The translations under genes were made by a program, and so were the position numbers. Below, in pieces: positions 26,556-38,385 of a stretch of DNA of 64,000 nucleotides. Origin of the DNA: Paraspadella gotoi (lineage: Eukaryota; Animalia; Chaetognatha); contig CM119268.1 in NCBI GenBank assembly GCA_051294375.1, forward strand, positions 21,906,010-21,970,009. Reading direction: 5' to 3'. The notes beneath the pieces are model-generated. The model made no database searches. It worked only from the letters and a program-made list of their open reading frames with translations, and was not told the origin of the DNA. Within the stretch, counting starts at the first letter, position 1; each line of letters opens with the position of its first letter.

Positions 26556-26779
26556 TAAACACCCGACGTGCATGAGTTTCCAAAGAATTTTTGAAGACTC
26601 AATAATAATAACGGACGGGAATATATTTATTAGTTAATCCATCAGCTTGTAAAGTTAGTTTTGTTCTGTTTTACGTCCAAAAAAGTTGAAATCGGCACGA
26701 CGGGAAGGCTCACTATCATTGATTATCATTTGAACTAAAAAAGATAAAGATAAAAAATCGTTGTTTTTTATATACTCAC

Positions 26780-26955
26780 CGTAAAGTAGACAGTTTTCAA
26801 TTTGCGCGGTGTGATTTTCAACATTCTCCACGCATCTGTAGTTGTATATGCCGTAGTTAGAACACTTAACTCCTTTTAACCCGTTAGTAGACCGACAACA
26901 TGGGCACTCGAATTCTCCTGCATTGTGGAAACAGGTTCTGTTGAGCTTCCTTTCT
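26780..26955 (-). CDS. Cys-rich exon (CPCC module), probably part of the 30.5-35 kb gene
   Basis: cag|...RKLNRTCFHNAGEFECPCCRSTNGLKGVKCSNYGIYNYRCVENVENHTAQIENCLLYG|gtgag has the same C..CPCC..C..CVE..C spacing as the exon at 34700-34897. Confidence 0.6.
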
Positions 26956-27466
26956 GCATTTCTTTCTCAATTTTCAAGAATTGTTAATTATCATATTCTG
27001 GAGGACACTTATAATCACCTCACCACCGACTGAACTCAACCAAGTCACAATGGCTTAGCGTAACATCCTAACCGTGCGTTCCGCATTCAATCTCGGCGGC
27101 TTCGCGCAAAAAGTGAGTGTACTCGTATGTATATAACGTGGTGGGAGATGATCACTGATGGCCAACCGGTAAAATGCCCAGCTAATTCCATTTAAAAATT
27201 ACAGATATTGATGACATTGATACAGGGAGGTCCAGCTTATTTGGGACTAACTTCAAGTGCTTACAGCACAAAAACGGTTAACGATAGAAGAAAAAAGGGA
27301 TTATATTTGGAAGCTATGCTAATTTCTCTTTCAATCAATATCAAAATTGTCTGAAAAATGTCGCGGAAATTCCTGTAAATAAGGCTTTTTGGGGTAACTC
27401 TACTATTCGACGTCCGCAACCAACCTTAGGTACCACGTCGAGTCTCACTTTGCGCATTAAAAATAT

Positions 27467-29335
27467 TGAGGCCTGAAGTTACTCGACTCTCTCCTCTCTT
27501 TTTCCTTCACGACACACATGACCTAGACCTCCGTGTCACCTGTCTCGTCGTCCCGGGCTTCCAAACGGGTTTCTTCCGTCGTGGCCCGTAGCCACGAGAG
27601 ACACAACCCGTTCAACCCTCGAACATTCACTTTACATTATTGTCTCTTCCTGTATTGAACATATTTTGATATTTTTCCTCTCGCTTATAAACATGTGTCT
27701 GTCTCTCTACTCTATGTTCGTGGTCCTTCCCACATTGGTGAGCCGACGAGAACACGCCACAAATCCTTCTGTTTAAAAAACATTTAAAAGAAAAAAACCT
27801 TCGGCTCATAACCTCTCCGTCCGTAAACATAAAATACCAGGTAAACTTTAAAATGTTTTCCAAGATTACCAACGAACCTCCCACGAAGTACCCAACATCT
27901 TCCACGTGAACAAGAAAAATGGATTAAATGGAAGATTTTGGATTTGTCTCGTTTTAGTTCGATTAAAATACATTCTTTCTGCGAAGACAATGACTGCTGC
28001 GAATCGCTCCTTACTATCAGTAGGCGAACGGGCAGCATGTTATCCGTCATCCCCTCCAGAAACGAATGAGCTCTCTTTATCTCATCATCACCAATTCTCG
28101 AGCCCCTTTCTCTGCATCACAGATCATTCCGATCGCGCACAAGAACTATCCTCCAACTCTACGTATTCTCCTCAGCTTTCTCTCATTCGCCAGGATTGCC
28201 GTGAAGAGGAGAGGAACATTATACTTTGACAGAGCCGGGTCGATGTCAATCTAAGCAACAGGACGCGCAAGAAAAAACTGCAAGCTTAATCCCCCAACGC
28301 TGTGACATCAGCCCTGCAAACGATTCTGGCAAACCAGGACTTGACAGCACTTTTTATTGATGCCGGTCGTACGAAACAACCCTTTTCAAATTCCGCCCAA
28401 TTTAATCCTCCAGATTCAAATACTACTCAGCGAAACAAAAGATTCTCCTCTCTGACAGCTTCTTAGAGTCACCTTTCTACATGCTTTTCCCCCTCTATTT
28501 TATCATACTTTTTATTCCTCCCTCTTTTATTTCCTAATGTTTAATAATTATCTTTCGACAATAATTTCTTCTTTACCCCTTTTCCTAATTCACTCTTTTT
28601 CTATCCTTCTTCACATTTATCTTACAACAAAACCGATGGAACAAAAACTATTAACAAATGACAAATGTCTATGCACATTCATACGTGTATGAAATCATAT
28701 GAAAAAAATTTCCCAACGAATCGAAAAACAGAGGCATCTGCCGAAAGGCCAGCGCAAGGTGTTAAAGTTCCTGCTGCAACTCCTACGCCTGCGTGATGGA
28801 CGGCGACGACGCGTGGCAAACGTCGCAGACCGCTGCAGACGCCGCCGAAACCCGAGGATATCATTCTCCTTTAATTCCTCGGCTCATGGATTTAGACTAA
28901 CAATTTTATACGTCAACATCGACTCTTTGGATCAAAAATAGCTTTAGCAAACCATCTTGAGATTCAACGCCAGTGTGGTCAGGCCGCGCCTCTTTTCCGG
29001 AGACGCGACTTGAGGGGGGATGAGCCCGAGAGCCTCGACTCTCTCTCTCTTTTCCTCAACGACCACATGACCCAGACTTGACTTGACTTGAACTTGATAG
29101 GCGTTCGTCTTCGGGAGCTGCTCATGACCTCAGACCTCCGGTCATTGGTCTCGTCGTCCCGGGCTTCAACGGGTTTCTTCCATCGTGGCCGTAGCCACGA
29201 GAGACAACCGTTCAACCTCGAATCTATTCACGTTACATTATTGTCTCTTTTCCTGTATGAACATATTTGAATATGTTTTCCTCTCGCTTATAATACATGT
29301 GTCTGTCTCTCTACTCCTTATGTCGTGTCTTCCAC
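27467..29335 (+). mobile_element. Non-autonomous/degenerate LTR retroelement (~1.9 kb)
   Basis: LTRs ~27467-27732 and 29021-29335 begin TGAG(G/C)CC and end near CCCA. PBS-like TGGTGAGCCG at 27736; PPT GAGGGGGGA at 29012-29020. ATAT target duplication (right copy is clear in the duplicate at ~53172). The empty site is seen at ~35255-35265. Confidence 0.8.
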
Positions 29336-29454
29336 GGGAATAAAAAATAAACATTTTGGTTTGTTCAAGTAATCCAGTTTTTTTTATAATAAATAATAAT
29401 GGTTTTAAATTTATTTTAATTGCTATTTTTCTGTTTGAGGTAGAAAAGGAATAT

Positions 29455-29672
29455 TTACATACGAGTTTTATAAAGAAACAAATGTTTCAGCTTCAATGTA
29501 AGTTTTCATCAGCACAAAAACGAATTGATTTGTTTGTGAAAGTCTGTTAAAATATTTTTTTTACAAATCAATTTGTTTTTGCGCTGTTGAAGGTTTACAT
29601 TGAAGCCGAAACATGTCCGAAATTTTTTTTATAAAACTCGTACGTAAACAAGCAAGGAAAGGAAAAACTATA
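29455..29672. ncRNA. Inverted pair of degenerate hammerhead motifs (duplicate at ~52845-53070)
   Basis: Plus strand: GCGCTGTTGAAGGTTTACATTGAAGCCGAAACATGTC. Minus strand: GTGCTGATGAAAACTTACATTGAAGCTGAAAC. The flanks ACGAGTTTTAT/ATAAAACTCGT are inverted. Confidence 0.7.
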
Positions 29673-30534
29673 TTTTTTAAACGGTTAGCAATTGGGTTAA
29701 GCTTGGTTAGGGATTAGGGGTGGTTAGGGTTAAGGGTGGTTAGGAATTTGTAATAAAAAGCTTTTCTACCTTTACTATAAATACTTTACTATAAATATCT
29801 TCTTTTTTTTTTGCGTAACGAGATAAAAAAGATAAAAATAAGCAATAAAAAATAACCGACCGCAAAATCCCGGTCGGCGAATGTAAAAATAAGCCACTTT
29901 TTTCATAGTATGGCATATTTTTTTTGCGCCAGTTCCTTACAAAATTTTTTGAAATTTGAAAAAAAATCAAGGTGATGGATGGTAATTTCTGACTTTTGAC
30001 CATGCAGTTTTTCTTACTGCAATCTTCATGATTAATGAAAATGTAGGATAGTGAAACAGAATGTCCCATACATCCTTTCAAGAATTGTTTATATTCTGAT
30101 AGTGGCAATAGTGGTAGGAAAGGCAGCATTCCCATCCAGCGCAGTCACAAAAGCATATATGCCGCCTTCTCTGAATAATTGGAAAAGGATATAGTTGCTT
30201 AAGATGAATTTTTTAAATAGATTGTGGTATCATTACAACTCTTTTCATGTTTACTAATTATTAAATCATAATTCGTTTATTTACCCACCCAAAAGAGCTG
30301 GACCTCCCTGTATTTTTGCTATTCCATATATTTTAATGTAAGCATATTTAGTTTAGTCAATTAGTTGAATAAACGAAAAGATATTTTGATATTCCAAAAA
30401 CGGAATTTTGACTGTATACAATACACACATGAATACTATACATTTAAATTGTTGGTATATATTTTTTTATAATTTATAAAAAAAATTTAATTCCTGTATG
30501 CATTACATTCTCAAAGAAAGAAACAAACTCTTAC

Positions 30535-33500
30535 CTATAGTGGTATCGATCGGATAATAAGTTGGCGCGCCTGCAGGTGTTTCGCATTTGCAGCCACTGT
30601 AAAATTAAAGCTCAAGAGTATTCTCGGTTTTTGGCAGATCTTTAAAAATGTTTTTTTTTTTTTATTTCATTTTATTTTTACCCACTTGTCTTTCGGGAGC
30701 TATATCTATTGAATGCTTGGACCTATCTTCTTTTAACTTATACATATGGTTTTCTCACTTCAAAATATACATTTATTATTCATAAATTTCGTAAAATTTT
30801 ACTTTACTATTTAAAAATATTTATTTTTAAATAAAATTATTACTTAATTATCCTAACCCTAAATCCTCTTAACCCTAACCATCCCTAACCCCGGTCGACA
30901 AAACTAAAATTATGCAATAATTTTTTATAACATGTGCGTAAAACGTGCTCAATTTAAAGAGTGTATTTTTTTTGACACAGATCTGTATATGCAATAACTA
31001 ATAAATTTATTAAAAACTTTAATGAATTTACAGAAAACTGATCAACCTCGAAATGCTTATTTTGCATGTTGAAGTTGAAATATCCGTATTCACACTATAA
31101 GTATGCCTCCCCTGCCTCAGGCATCAGTTTCGGCAACTCATACTCAATGAGCTACCGGTTCACAAATAAAAGAATTATGTTTATAGGCGATCACATATTT
31201 TTGCGTCATATACCTATTATAGTTAACCTGAATGTGTAGGTGAACGCATCAACTTTGCAAAACTGTAACATTTCAGCTTCAGTCGCATTTCCTCTAATGC
31301 ACATGACGTCCGCCGCTCGACAACTTACGCCGTATGTGTTACATATAACGCAAGTTGTGTTTAATGGATGAATAGTCGTTAGATATTCACTACTACAAGT
31401 AGCAGTGCGACTGGTAGTCCATACGGGAGAATCAATGGGAAAATTTGGACTGAAAAAAAAAGTAAGAAGCTAGAGGTTTTTTAAAACTTAATACTAATTG
31501 ATCTAGAATGACGAATATAATATTTGTACTTAAACGGATGGTTGTAAAACTATCAAAATTTTACTAATTGTGCTTAAAAATTCTAGTAAAGCACCCTGCT
31601 TGTATGTATATTGTATATTGTATATTCTAGTTTTTTATTTCAATTTTAGAGAAAGACAAAGTTTATTGTTTATGTACAACGATTTATTTTTACATAGGAC
31701 ATGTTTCGGCTTTAAGTATAAGCCTTCATCAGCGTTTGATTAATCAGACAAATTTTTCTTTTAACATTGAGTCAGAGAGAGAGAGAGAGATTGAGAGAGA
31801 GAGAGAGAGACAGTTGTACATTACAAAAAATGTAAATATTTTCTCTCTCTCTGTCTCTTCAAATTTTCACTATTCACATTTCAACCACTTTCCTCTTCTT
31901 CTCTCTCCTTACCTTCACCTGTCCTCAATCTGACCACTGTCCTTATCTCAACCTTTGTTGGAAGCTTTATCTCTCTCTCTCTTTTCTCTCTCTCTCTGTC
32001 TCTCTCTCTCTCTCTCAATCTCTCTCTCTCTCTCTCTCTCTGACTCAATGTTAAGAGAAAAATTTGTCTGATTAATCAAACGCTGATGAAGGCTTATACT
32101 TAAAGCCGAAACATGTCCTATGTAAAAATAAATCGTTGTACATAAACAAATAAACTTTGTCTTCTCTAATTTGCAAAAACAACGAAAAGAAAGGAAATTA
32201 ATATATTTTAATTTAAAAAAAAGTTAACTCGCTTTTCAGACAAAGCATTATTGATTATAGGAATCTTATGGTTTTTGAATCAGCATAATATTTTTTACCC
32301 TGGTGCATAAATATTATGTATATTTTGGTAGTAAGAGGTAAACGGAAATCTCAATTATAAAAATGTACCATGGTTTATAAGTCGGATCTGCTTATCAGCA
32401 GATCCCGACTCTATAATTCACTTTGTCGGTCCTTCGGTACGCCCCTTCAATCTTGTCGGGCATTCACTTATATCATGTCAGAACATCGAATTATGATAAA
32501 TTATGCAAAAACAATGCCGGATCTGCCCACGATCATTGGCGGTAAGCAGCTGATCAGATAATTAATAAATTAATTTATATTAATTTTTATCGTCGCAATC
32601 GCTTTGCGTTTTATAGATCGCCTTTTTGAAGATTAAATTTGGGTGTATGAAGCAGAAAATTTATATACAGCTTCTCATCATCGAGGTCCTTGAAATTGGG
32701 TGAAGACTTTTATTAAATACGTTTTGTTTACGTTTTATCAAAACAAACAAATTTGCTATACTTTTATTTTTATATCTTTTCTTTTTAGTCGGATCTGCTT
32801 ATCAGCAGATTCCGACTCTATAATTCACTTTGTCGGTCCCACCCAAAAATATGGTCGGTAAATCATTATCATATCAGAACCTCGAATTATGATAAATTAT
32901 GCAAAAAAAATGTCCGTTCGTCCGTCCGTCCCCCCTTAGCAAAAAACTCTAATTACTCGTGATTGGATGGATGGATTGGTATAAAATTTTGTGTGTGGGA
33001 AGGAAACTGTGTGATTTAGCTGGATATGAAGTTTCGATGGATTCGTGTGAGTGGAAATTAGTTTAAATGGAAAAAACAAAAAAATCTATTTCACTATTTG
33101 AACGCCAATTACTCACGAGTGGTCAGTAACAAAAAGACCTAAAAACAAACATTTCGGATCAAATTAATTAATTTAATAATCAAATTAACATTTTATTATA
33201 TTTAGTTTTCATTAATTAATTCATTAATTAATTACCGCTTATGATCGTGGGCAGATCCGACATTGTTTGCTCAAACTTGTTCCAGCGCAAACGACTTCAA
33301 CATAGTTTAAGCTACAACTTACTATGTAATCGTGGGTACTGCCGGAATCGGTTCTAGAGTGGTGGGAGCTGTAGTTTCAGACTCTGCTGTGGTAGCAGGT
33401 CCAGCTGAGGTGGACTCTTCCGTCGGCCCTTCGCTTTGGGTCAGAGGATTCCCCGAAGCATCAGTGGGTGCTGGAGTTGTGGTGGGAGGTTGTGTGGTGA

Positions 33501-34982
33501 ACGTGGTTTCCGTTGGGCCTTCAGTGGTTGTCGAAGGTGCTTCCGTCGCCGTGGCTTATATTAAATTTTAAAAAAAGGCTAAAATATGGAAGAGTTGCGA
33601 ATTAACTTCAAATTGTGTTCTATTTTTTTTCCTTTCTCTCTTAGACATACTTAAAGGATTTAAATATCTCAAATCTCAAGAGAGATGGGTTTCAAACGTA
33701 AAGAATTTTATATCTAAATCTCGGTACTTGGAATAAATCCATGTAAATCTTGGAGAAAGCCGGATTTTATTACTATTATTACTGTATAAAATATTGCGAG
33801 AAAATATGCGTTATAAGAATAAATGTAATAAAAAAAAGCTACAGGGTAGTGATTCCAAACTTAGAATACTATTTACCATCAGATTTTATAAGCAAAAATT
33901 TATTGAATGTCTAATACATTAAGATAATCATTGATGTTTTCTCTTTCTGACATAGGTTTTATTTTTTTCATACTCTTACAATACGCTGCACTACTAAAAA
34001 AAATGCAAATTTGGTTGAATTTGCTCTGCGCCGGTTTAGTGCTTAAAACCATTACTAAATATGTTAATGTTCCTTAGCAGTATGTTATATTGATAAGAAG
34101 GCTATTGAGAATAGGAATATTAGGAATAACTACGACTCTAGTCGGGAAACCGTGCGCTCAAGCCCGAATCGATTGGGCCATTTATAAGGATGCTGCAGGT
34201 AGCAATTGCAGGAGATGAGATCATAAGAGATGATCGTAATTTAAGTTCAGATTCCATGGTCTAAAAGAGTGATTGTAAGCGGAACCTATAATTAAAAATT
34301 TTGTGATTGAACGGGTTATGGTAAGCAGCAATAAACATTGACGATAATTAGCGTTAGTTGTTGCAGTTCAAAGTTTTATTAATCTTTCATATTTTGTAAT
34401 TAGATTATAAAGTATTGTTAAAATTATTTTTGTCGTATTGATCATTAAAACACTTATAAAGCGCGTTAGTTGGTTTTATAATAGATGTTTATATTTACCA
34501 GTATTGTTGGCTGAAATTATATACACGAATCCGGTTGAGGAAATTTGATAATAATAAAATGTAAAAAACTAAGAATAATTACGTTCCTATGGTTATATAT
34601 AGCTATATAAAGCTATAACTATAGGATATTTTTTGAAAACGTGTTTTTGCTTCAATTCTCTTCAAAAATATATGCTGCGGTCCCTTCCACGTTAACCTTA
34701 CCCCAAATCTGTGAACAATCGGCTGAGGATTCCACGCAATATCGGAGGTTATCTTGTATCACGTCAAGACCGCCATAATCTTCATCTTTTCTCATGCATG
34801 TTTTTCCACCACCGATACAGCAGGGACAATCGCCTAGGCTTCCGCTGTCTGGGCACGAGGTACATCCAGTGCGAGAGAACGTGTATTCGTCGATTCTATA
34901 AGTCAATTGATTGATTAAATGAATGAGAAGAGTATAGGACTCGATCTTACATTACGTATGTCGCTCTCTTATGCAGGAAAAC
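30535..34982 (-). CDS. Secreted-type Cys-rich + Thr/Pro mucin-like protein exons (possibly a pseudogene; inverted duplicate at ~46739-52003 on +)
   Basis: Phase-compatible exons: VFLHKRATYVI-IDEYTFSRTGCTSCPDSGSLGDCPCCIGGGKTC...YCVESSADCSQIW; ATATEAPSTTTEGPTETTFTTQPPTTTPAP...; YPNFPIDSPVW...TCVICNTYGVSC...FC; SLSMSCRN*CLRQ...; SGCKCETP. One in-frame TGA; gene ends unresolved. Confidence 0.65.
31648..32213. mobile_element. Penelope-like mini-element with ~150-bp inverted arms, each carrying a hammerhead, an (AG)n/(CT)n core and a one-sided tail
   Basis: CTGATGAAGGCTTATACTTAAAGCCGAAACATGTC at 32083-32117 (+) and 31698-31732 (-). The tail AACAACGAAAAGAAAGGAAATTA is shared with the 21.5-kb element. 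Absent from the duplicate at ~50215-50240. Confidence 0.85.
32785..33281 (+). mobile_element. HINE/DINE-1-like Helentron-associated element (partial second copy 32378-32560)
   Basis: 5' GTCGGATCTGC-ttatca-GCAGATTCCGAC inverted repeat, GTCC microsatellite, 3' GCAGATCCGAC subterminal repeat plus short hairpin, T-rich flanks. Confidence 0.75.
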
Positions 34983-35166
34983 CTAAAGTCGAAATCCAAA
35001 AACTAAAAAAACATCTCGAAAACCAAGTACTAGAACTTCAACAAAGCTTCAAGAAAAATTCCACAAAAACTAAAAGAACAACTAAACCTGGAAAGACAAA
35101 ACAATACTACAACAAGAACAAATTAAAAATCTAAAGAATTGCAAGACGCGTCAACTCAAATTTCAA

Positions 35167-36525
35167 GGGGGTAACTTTACTATTCGACGTCCGCAACCGG
35201 TGCTTTGTTAATCCATTTTTTGTTTTCCCTCTAGTGTCGAGTCTTACTTTGCGCAATAATATACATTATTCTTTGTTCAGTAATACAAATTTTAGAATTT
35301 TATAATAAATAATTGTTTCAAATTTATTTTAATTGTTATTTTTATGTTTAGGTACGAGTTTTATAAAGAAATATTTCATCTTCAATGTAAGCCTTCATCA
35401 GCGCAAAAACGAATTGATTTGTGAAACAAATATTTTTATTGACTCTTTTTTTCTCTCTTCAAACTTTTCACAAAGTCTGTGAAAATATTTTTTTATAAGT
35501 TAATTTGTTTTTGCGCTGATGAAGGTTTACATTAAAGCCGAAATTTGTTTCTTAATAAAATTTGTTTTACGTAAACAAACAAACAAACAAAATTTTTATC
35601 GTCGCAAACGCAAAGCGCTTTTGCGCATAAGTGGCGTCGTCGTTGTTGTTGTCGGCGTTCCAAATTATAGATCGCCTTTTTTATGATTAAATTTGGGTGT
35701 ATGAAGCTGAAAATTTATATACAGCTTCTCATCATTGATGTGCTTAAAATTGAGTCTGGACAGTTATTAAATATGTTTTGTTTACATTTTATCAAAACAA
35801 ACAAATTATCTCTTTTATTTTTATATTTCTTTCTCTCTCTCTTTTCTCTTTTAATTACATGTCTCTCTCCCTCTCTCCTTTCCCTAGATTCATAGAGAAA
35901 GGGAAAAAAACGAGTCTGCAGCCGGCTCTGCAGGGGCTTATTCGTTTCTCTTTTCTCCTGCTGCTTCTGCTGCTGCCTTTTGAGTCTGCAACTGGCTCTG
36001 CAGGGGCCTCTATTTTTCTCTCTTTCTCCTGCTGCTTCTGCTGCTGCCTTTTGATTTCTTTCTTTTTGTCTGGCTGCCTCTGCTGCTGCCGTTGCTGATT
36101 TGTCCGAAAACGATTTGGCTTCTTTCTCTCTCTCTCTCTTTTTTTTCTCGTTTTTTTTTTAGGGACTGCGTCTGCTGATTAGTTTATTTGACAATTTTTT
36201 TTCTTTTTTTTTGACAATCGCAAAATATAATTTTTTTTTCTGTTTATAAATTAATTTTCATTTCTCAAATTTTATTTTTTTTTAGTATCAAAATTTGTCG
36301 TCAATCCAGATTTTTCTTATGCGATTGCTTTTAAGATTTTTGTGTTATATTTTTTAAACGGTTTACAATTGGGTTAGGGTTGGTTAGGAATTTGTAATAA
36401 AAAAGTTTTTTTTTCCTTACCTGTATTTTTTTTTATTTTTGCGTAAAGGATTTCTATATACATCGCTCATAAAAAGCGAAAAAAAATAACCGACCGCAAA
36501 ATTCCGGTCGGTGAATGTAAAAATA
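35167..36525 (-). mobile_element. Helentron-like element (copy 2) with hammerhead palindrome (35372-35570) and a nested HINE-like insert (~35595-36340)
   Basis: Same termini as copy 1; GCCTTCATCAGCGC / GCGCTGATGAAGGTTTACATTAAAGCCGAAA; GGGTTAGGGTTGGTTAGG tract. The nested insert matches 32585-32780. Confidence 0.65.
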
Positions 36526-37034
36526 AACCTTTCAAGGATATTTTGCTATTCAACGTCCGCAACTAACTTTAGGTACCAGCGGTCGGTGCTTTGTTAATCC
36601 ATTTAATTTTGTTTTCCCTCTAGCGTCGAGTTTCAGTTTGCTCAGTAATATACAATTTTTTTAAATTTTATAATAAGTAATAATTGTTTAATTTATTAAT
36701 ATTTTTATATTTGAGATAGAAAATGAATTGTTTGTTAACGACTTAACGTACAACGAGTTTTATTAAGAAACATAAATTTTGGACTTCAATGTAAGCCTTC
36801 ATCAGCGCAAAAACAAATTGACTTGTGAAACAAATATTTTCACAACGTTTGAAGAGAGAAAGTTTGAAAAAATTTGTTTCACAAATCAATTCGTTTATGG
36901 GCTTATGAAAGCTTACATTGAAGCTGGAATATGTCCGAAATTTATATTTCTTGATAAAACTCGTACATAAACAATTCATTTTCTACCTTAAATAACGCAA
37001 CAAAATGAAAGAAAATTAATAATATTTTTATGTT

Positions 37035-37180
37035 ATTGAAGAGACAGTAATGATTGTTATGTGTTAATGACAGAACCGTTCAATATAAGCAGTCGCTGAG
37101 CTTCGGATCAGGCGAATGACTTGCCTCCGGCACCAATGGTCGCTGATGAACGGTTGGTGGATTTTGGTCCACCATATTAT
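37035..37180 (+). repeat. Multi-hairpin interspersed repeat (also 38710-38912 on -, 40872-41080 on +, plus duplicates)
   Basis: Shared GACAGAACCGTTCAAT...CTGAGCTTCGGATCAGG...GGCGAATGACTTGCC...TGGTGGATTTT.GTCCACCA. Confidence 0.8.
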
Positions 37181-37242
37181 ATTTTTTAAACGGTAAGTTA
37201 AGGGTGGTTAGGGTAATTAGGAGTAGTTTGAGTAAGGGGAGG

Positions 37243-37985
37243 TGTTTGAACTAAGTTCGGAGAAGTGGCGTCTTTGAATTCTAACTGACTGGACTAATTT
37301 GCGCATTGAAGACCAAATGAAATCGGGTATAAAATGGCGCAGAAGAGACGATGGCGCCGGTCCAGACGCCCTGGAGATGCTGACGACAAAGTCTCAGTAG
37401 ACGACGTCGGCTAAGGCCGAAATGACGACTATCTACGAAGCCAGGACTTGACAGATGTAGATGTAAGTCTGAAGAAGTCGAAGAAGAAGTAGTTAGAAGT
37501 CCTGGGCAAAGAATAACAAAACATTTAGTACAAACTCAGCAAATATATATAAATTTAAAGTGTCTTTCTTACTTGTTTCTGAAGCCAATATTAACCAAAA
37601 AGGATGCTTCTCTTCATAGAAAAGTCCACCAAACCAGCGATCACACAAAAAATAAGATCCGAGATATCTGATAAGAGTCTAAATAAGCTCTGAAAAGAAC
37701 TAAAAACCCAGTGACAACTTTGAGATCTGAAGACCCCACGTGGTCAGAATTCGATAAGAATCTTAATCGAAATCCATCGAAATCACGGGCACCAATCAGA
37801 ATCAGCTTGTACACTGCCTTCGGAATTCTGTACTTAAGTATAAACAAAAGAGAGAGCCTAAAGATGTCGTGTCGATCGCTAGACCGGTGGCATTTTCGAT
37901 GTCAGTAATAAAGAGCAAAAGAGCAACGGGGAAAAGGTAGAGAAGCTGATTTTACTCGAAATATTAGAGATAGTTATTTCGTACA
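37243..37985. mobile_element. Solo LTR (~743 bp) with 5-bp target duplication GGAGG (duplicate 43381-44131)
   Basis: GGAGG|TGT...ACA|GGAGG; the empty site is present in the mini-contig 43156-43251. Confidence 0.85.
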
Positions 37986-38120
37986 GGAGGTTTCGAAATG
38001 AAATTTGTGATACAAAGATTTTCTACTTTGACCAGTGTCATTTATTTTTGCGTGGCAAGATTTCTATATGTCGCTCATAAGAAGCGAAAAACAAATAACC
38101 CACGGTCGGCGAATGTAAAT

Positions 38121-38385
38121 TTAAATGAAGACTGAGCCTACGTGAAAACTGACGCGTGGAACTGTGTCTAATGCTTATGAAGGGTGGCAACCCTTTGGTT
38201 CTTGAATTTAAGTCATTTAGTCTTACCTTTTCATTGTATGTCTTCTTTTATTTTCTATTTATTTGTAAGTTTTTTAATTCTTCATGAAGATGACAAGAAC
38301 TTATGTCGAATATGAAAATTATAATTTTTTTTTTTGTGCATGCATCCATTATGAAATTAACTTTTAAAAAAAGCCAGTTTTTAAA
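38121..38385. mobile_element. Polymorphic ~265-bp insertion between TTAA sites (Kolobok-like MITE?)
   Basis: Absent from the copy at ~53650-53680; bounded by TTAA with weak inverted ends (AAGACTG/CAGTTTT). Confidence 0.45.

Larger units (their letters stand above)
27391..29890 (-). mobile_element. Helentron-like non-autonomous element (copy 1) with TTAGGG-like tract, hammerhead palindrome and a nested LTR element
   Basis: Same ends as 35167-36525: GGGGTAACT.TACTATTCGACGTCCGCAACC at left; hairpin CCGACCG-caaaatcc-CGGTCGG + CGAATGTAAAA at right (subterminal inverted match). Confidence 0.6.
28910..38087. repeat. Segment A (inverted copy at 43277-53612)
   Basis: Colinear reverse-complement match throughout, apart from TE indels. 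Confidence 0.95.
36545..38118 (-). mobile_element. Helentron-like element (copy 3) with hammerhead palindrome (36710-36990), structured repeat and nested solo LTR
   Basis: CTATTCAACGTCCGCAAC start, TTAGGG-like tract at 37198-37220, CGGTCGGCGAATGTAAA end. Further family ends occur at ~38390-38416 and ~39505-39680. Confidence 0.6.

Noticed and set aside
29690-29745. TTAGGG-like tracts as a telomere or chromosome-fusion scar
   Set aside because: Short and degenerate, and usually at the same position within an interspersed repeat family.
35778-36098. Cys/Leu-rich 106-aa ORF
   Set aside because: Arises from CTG/CT simple repeats inside a nested repeat element.
37300-37910. Apparent exons/ORFs (37641-37847, 43845-44180) linking the NIDO and Cys-rich genes
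   Set aside because: They lie inside the solo LTR defined by its TSD and empty site, and frames differ between the two copies.
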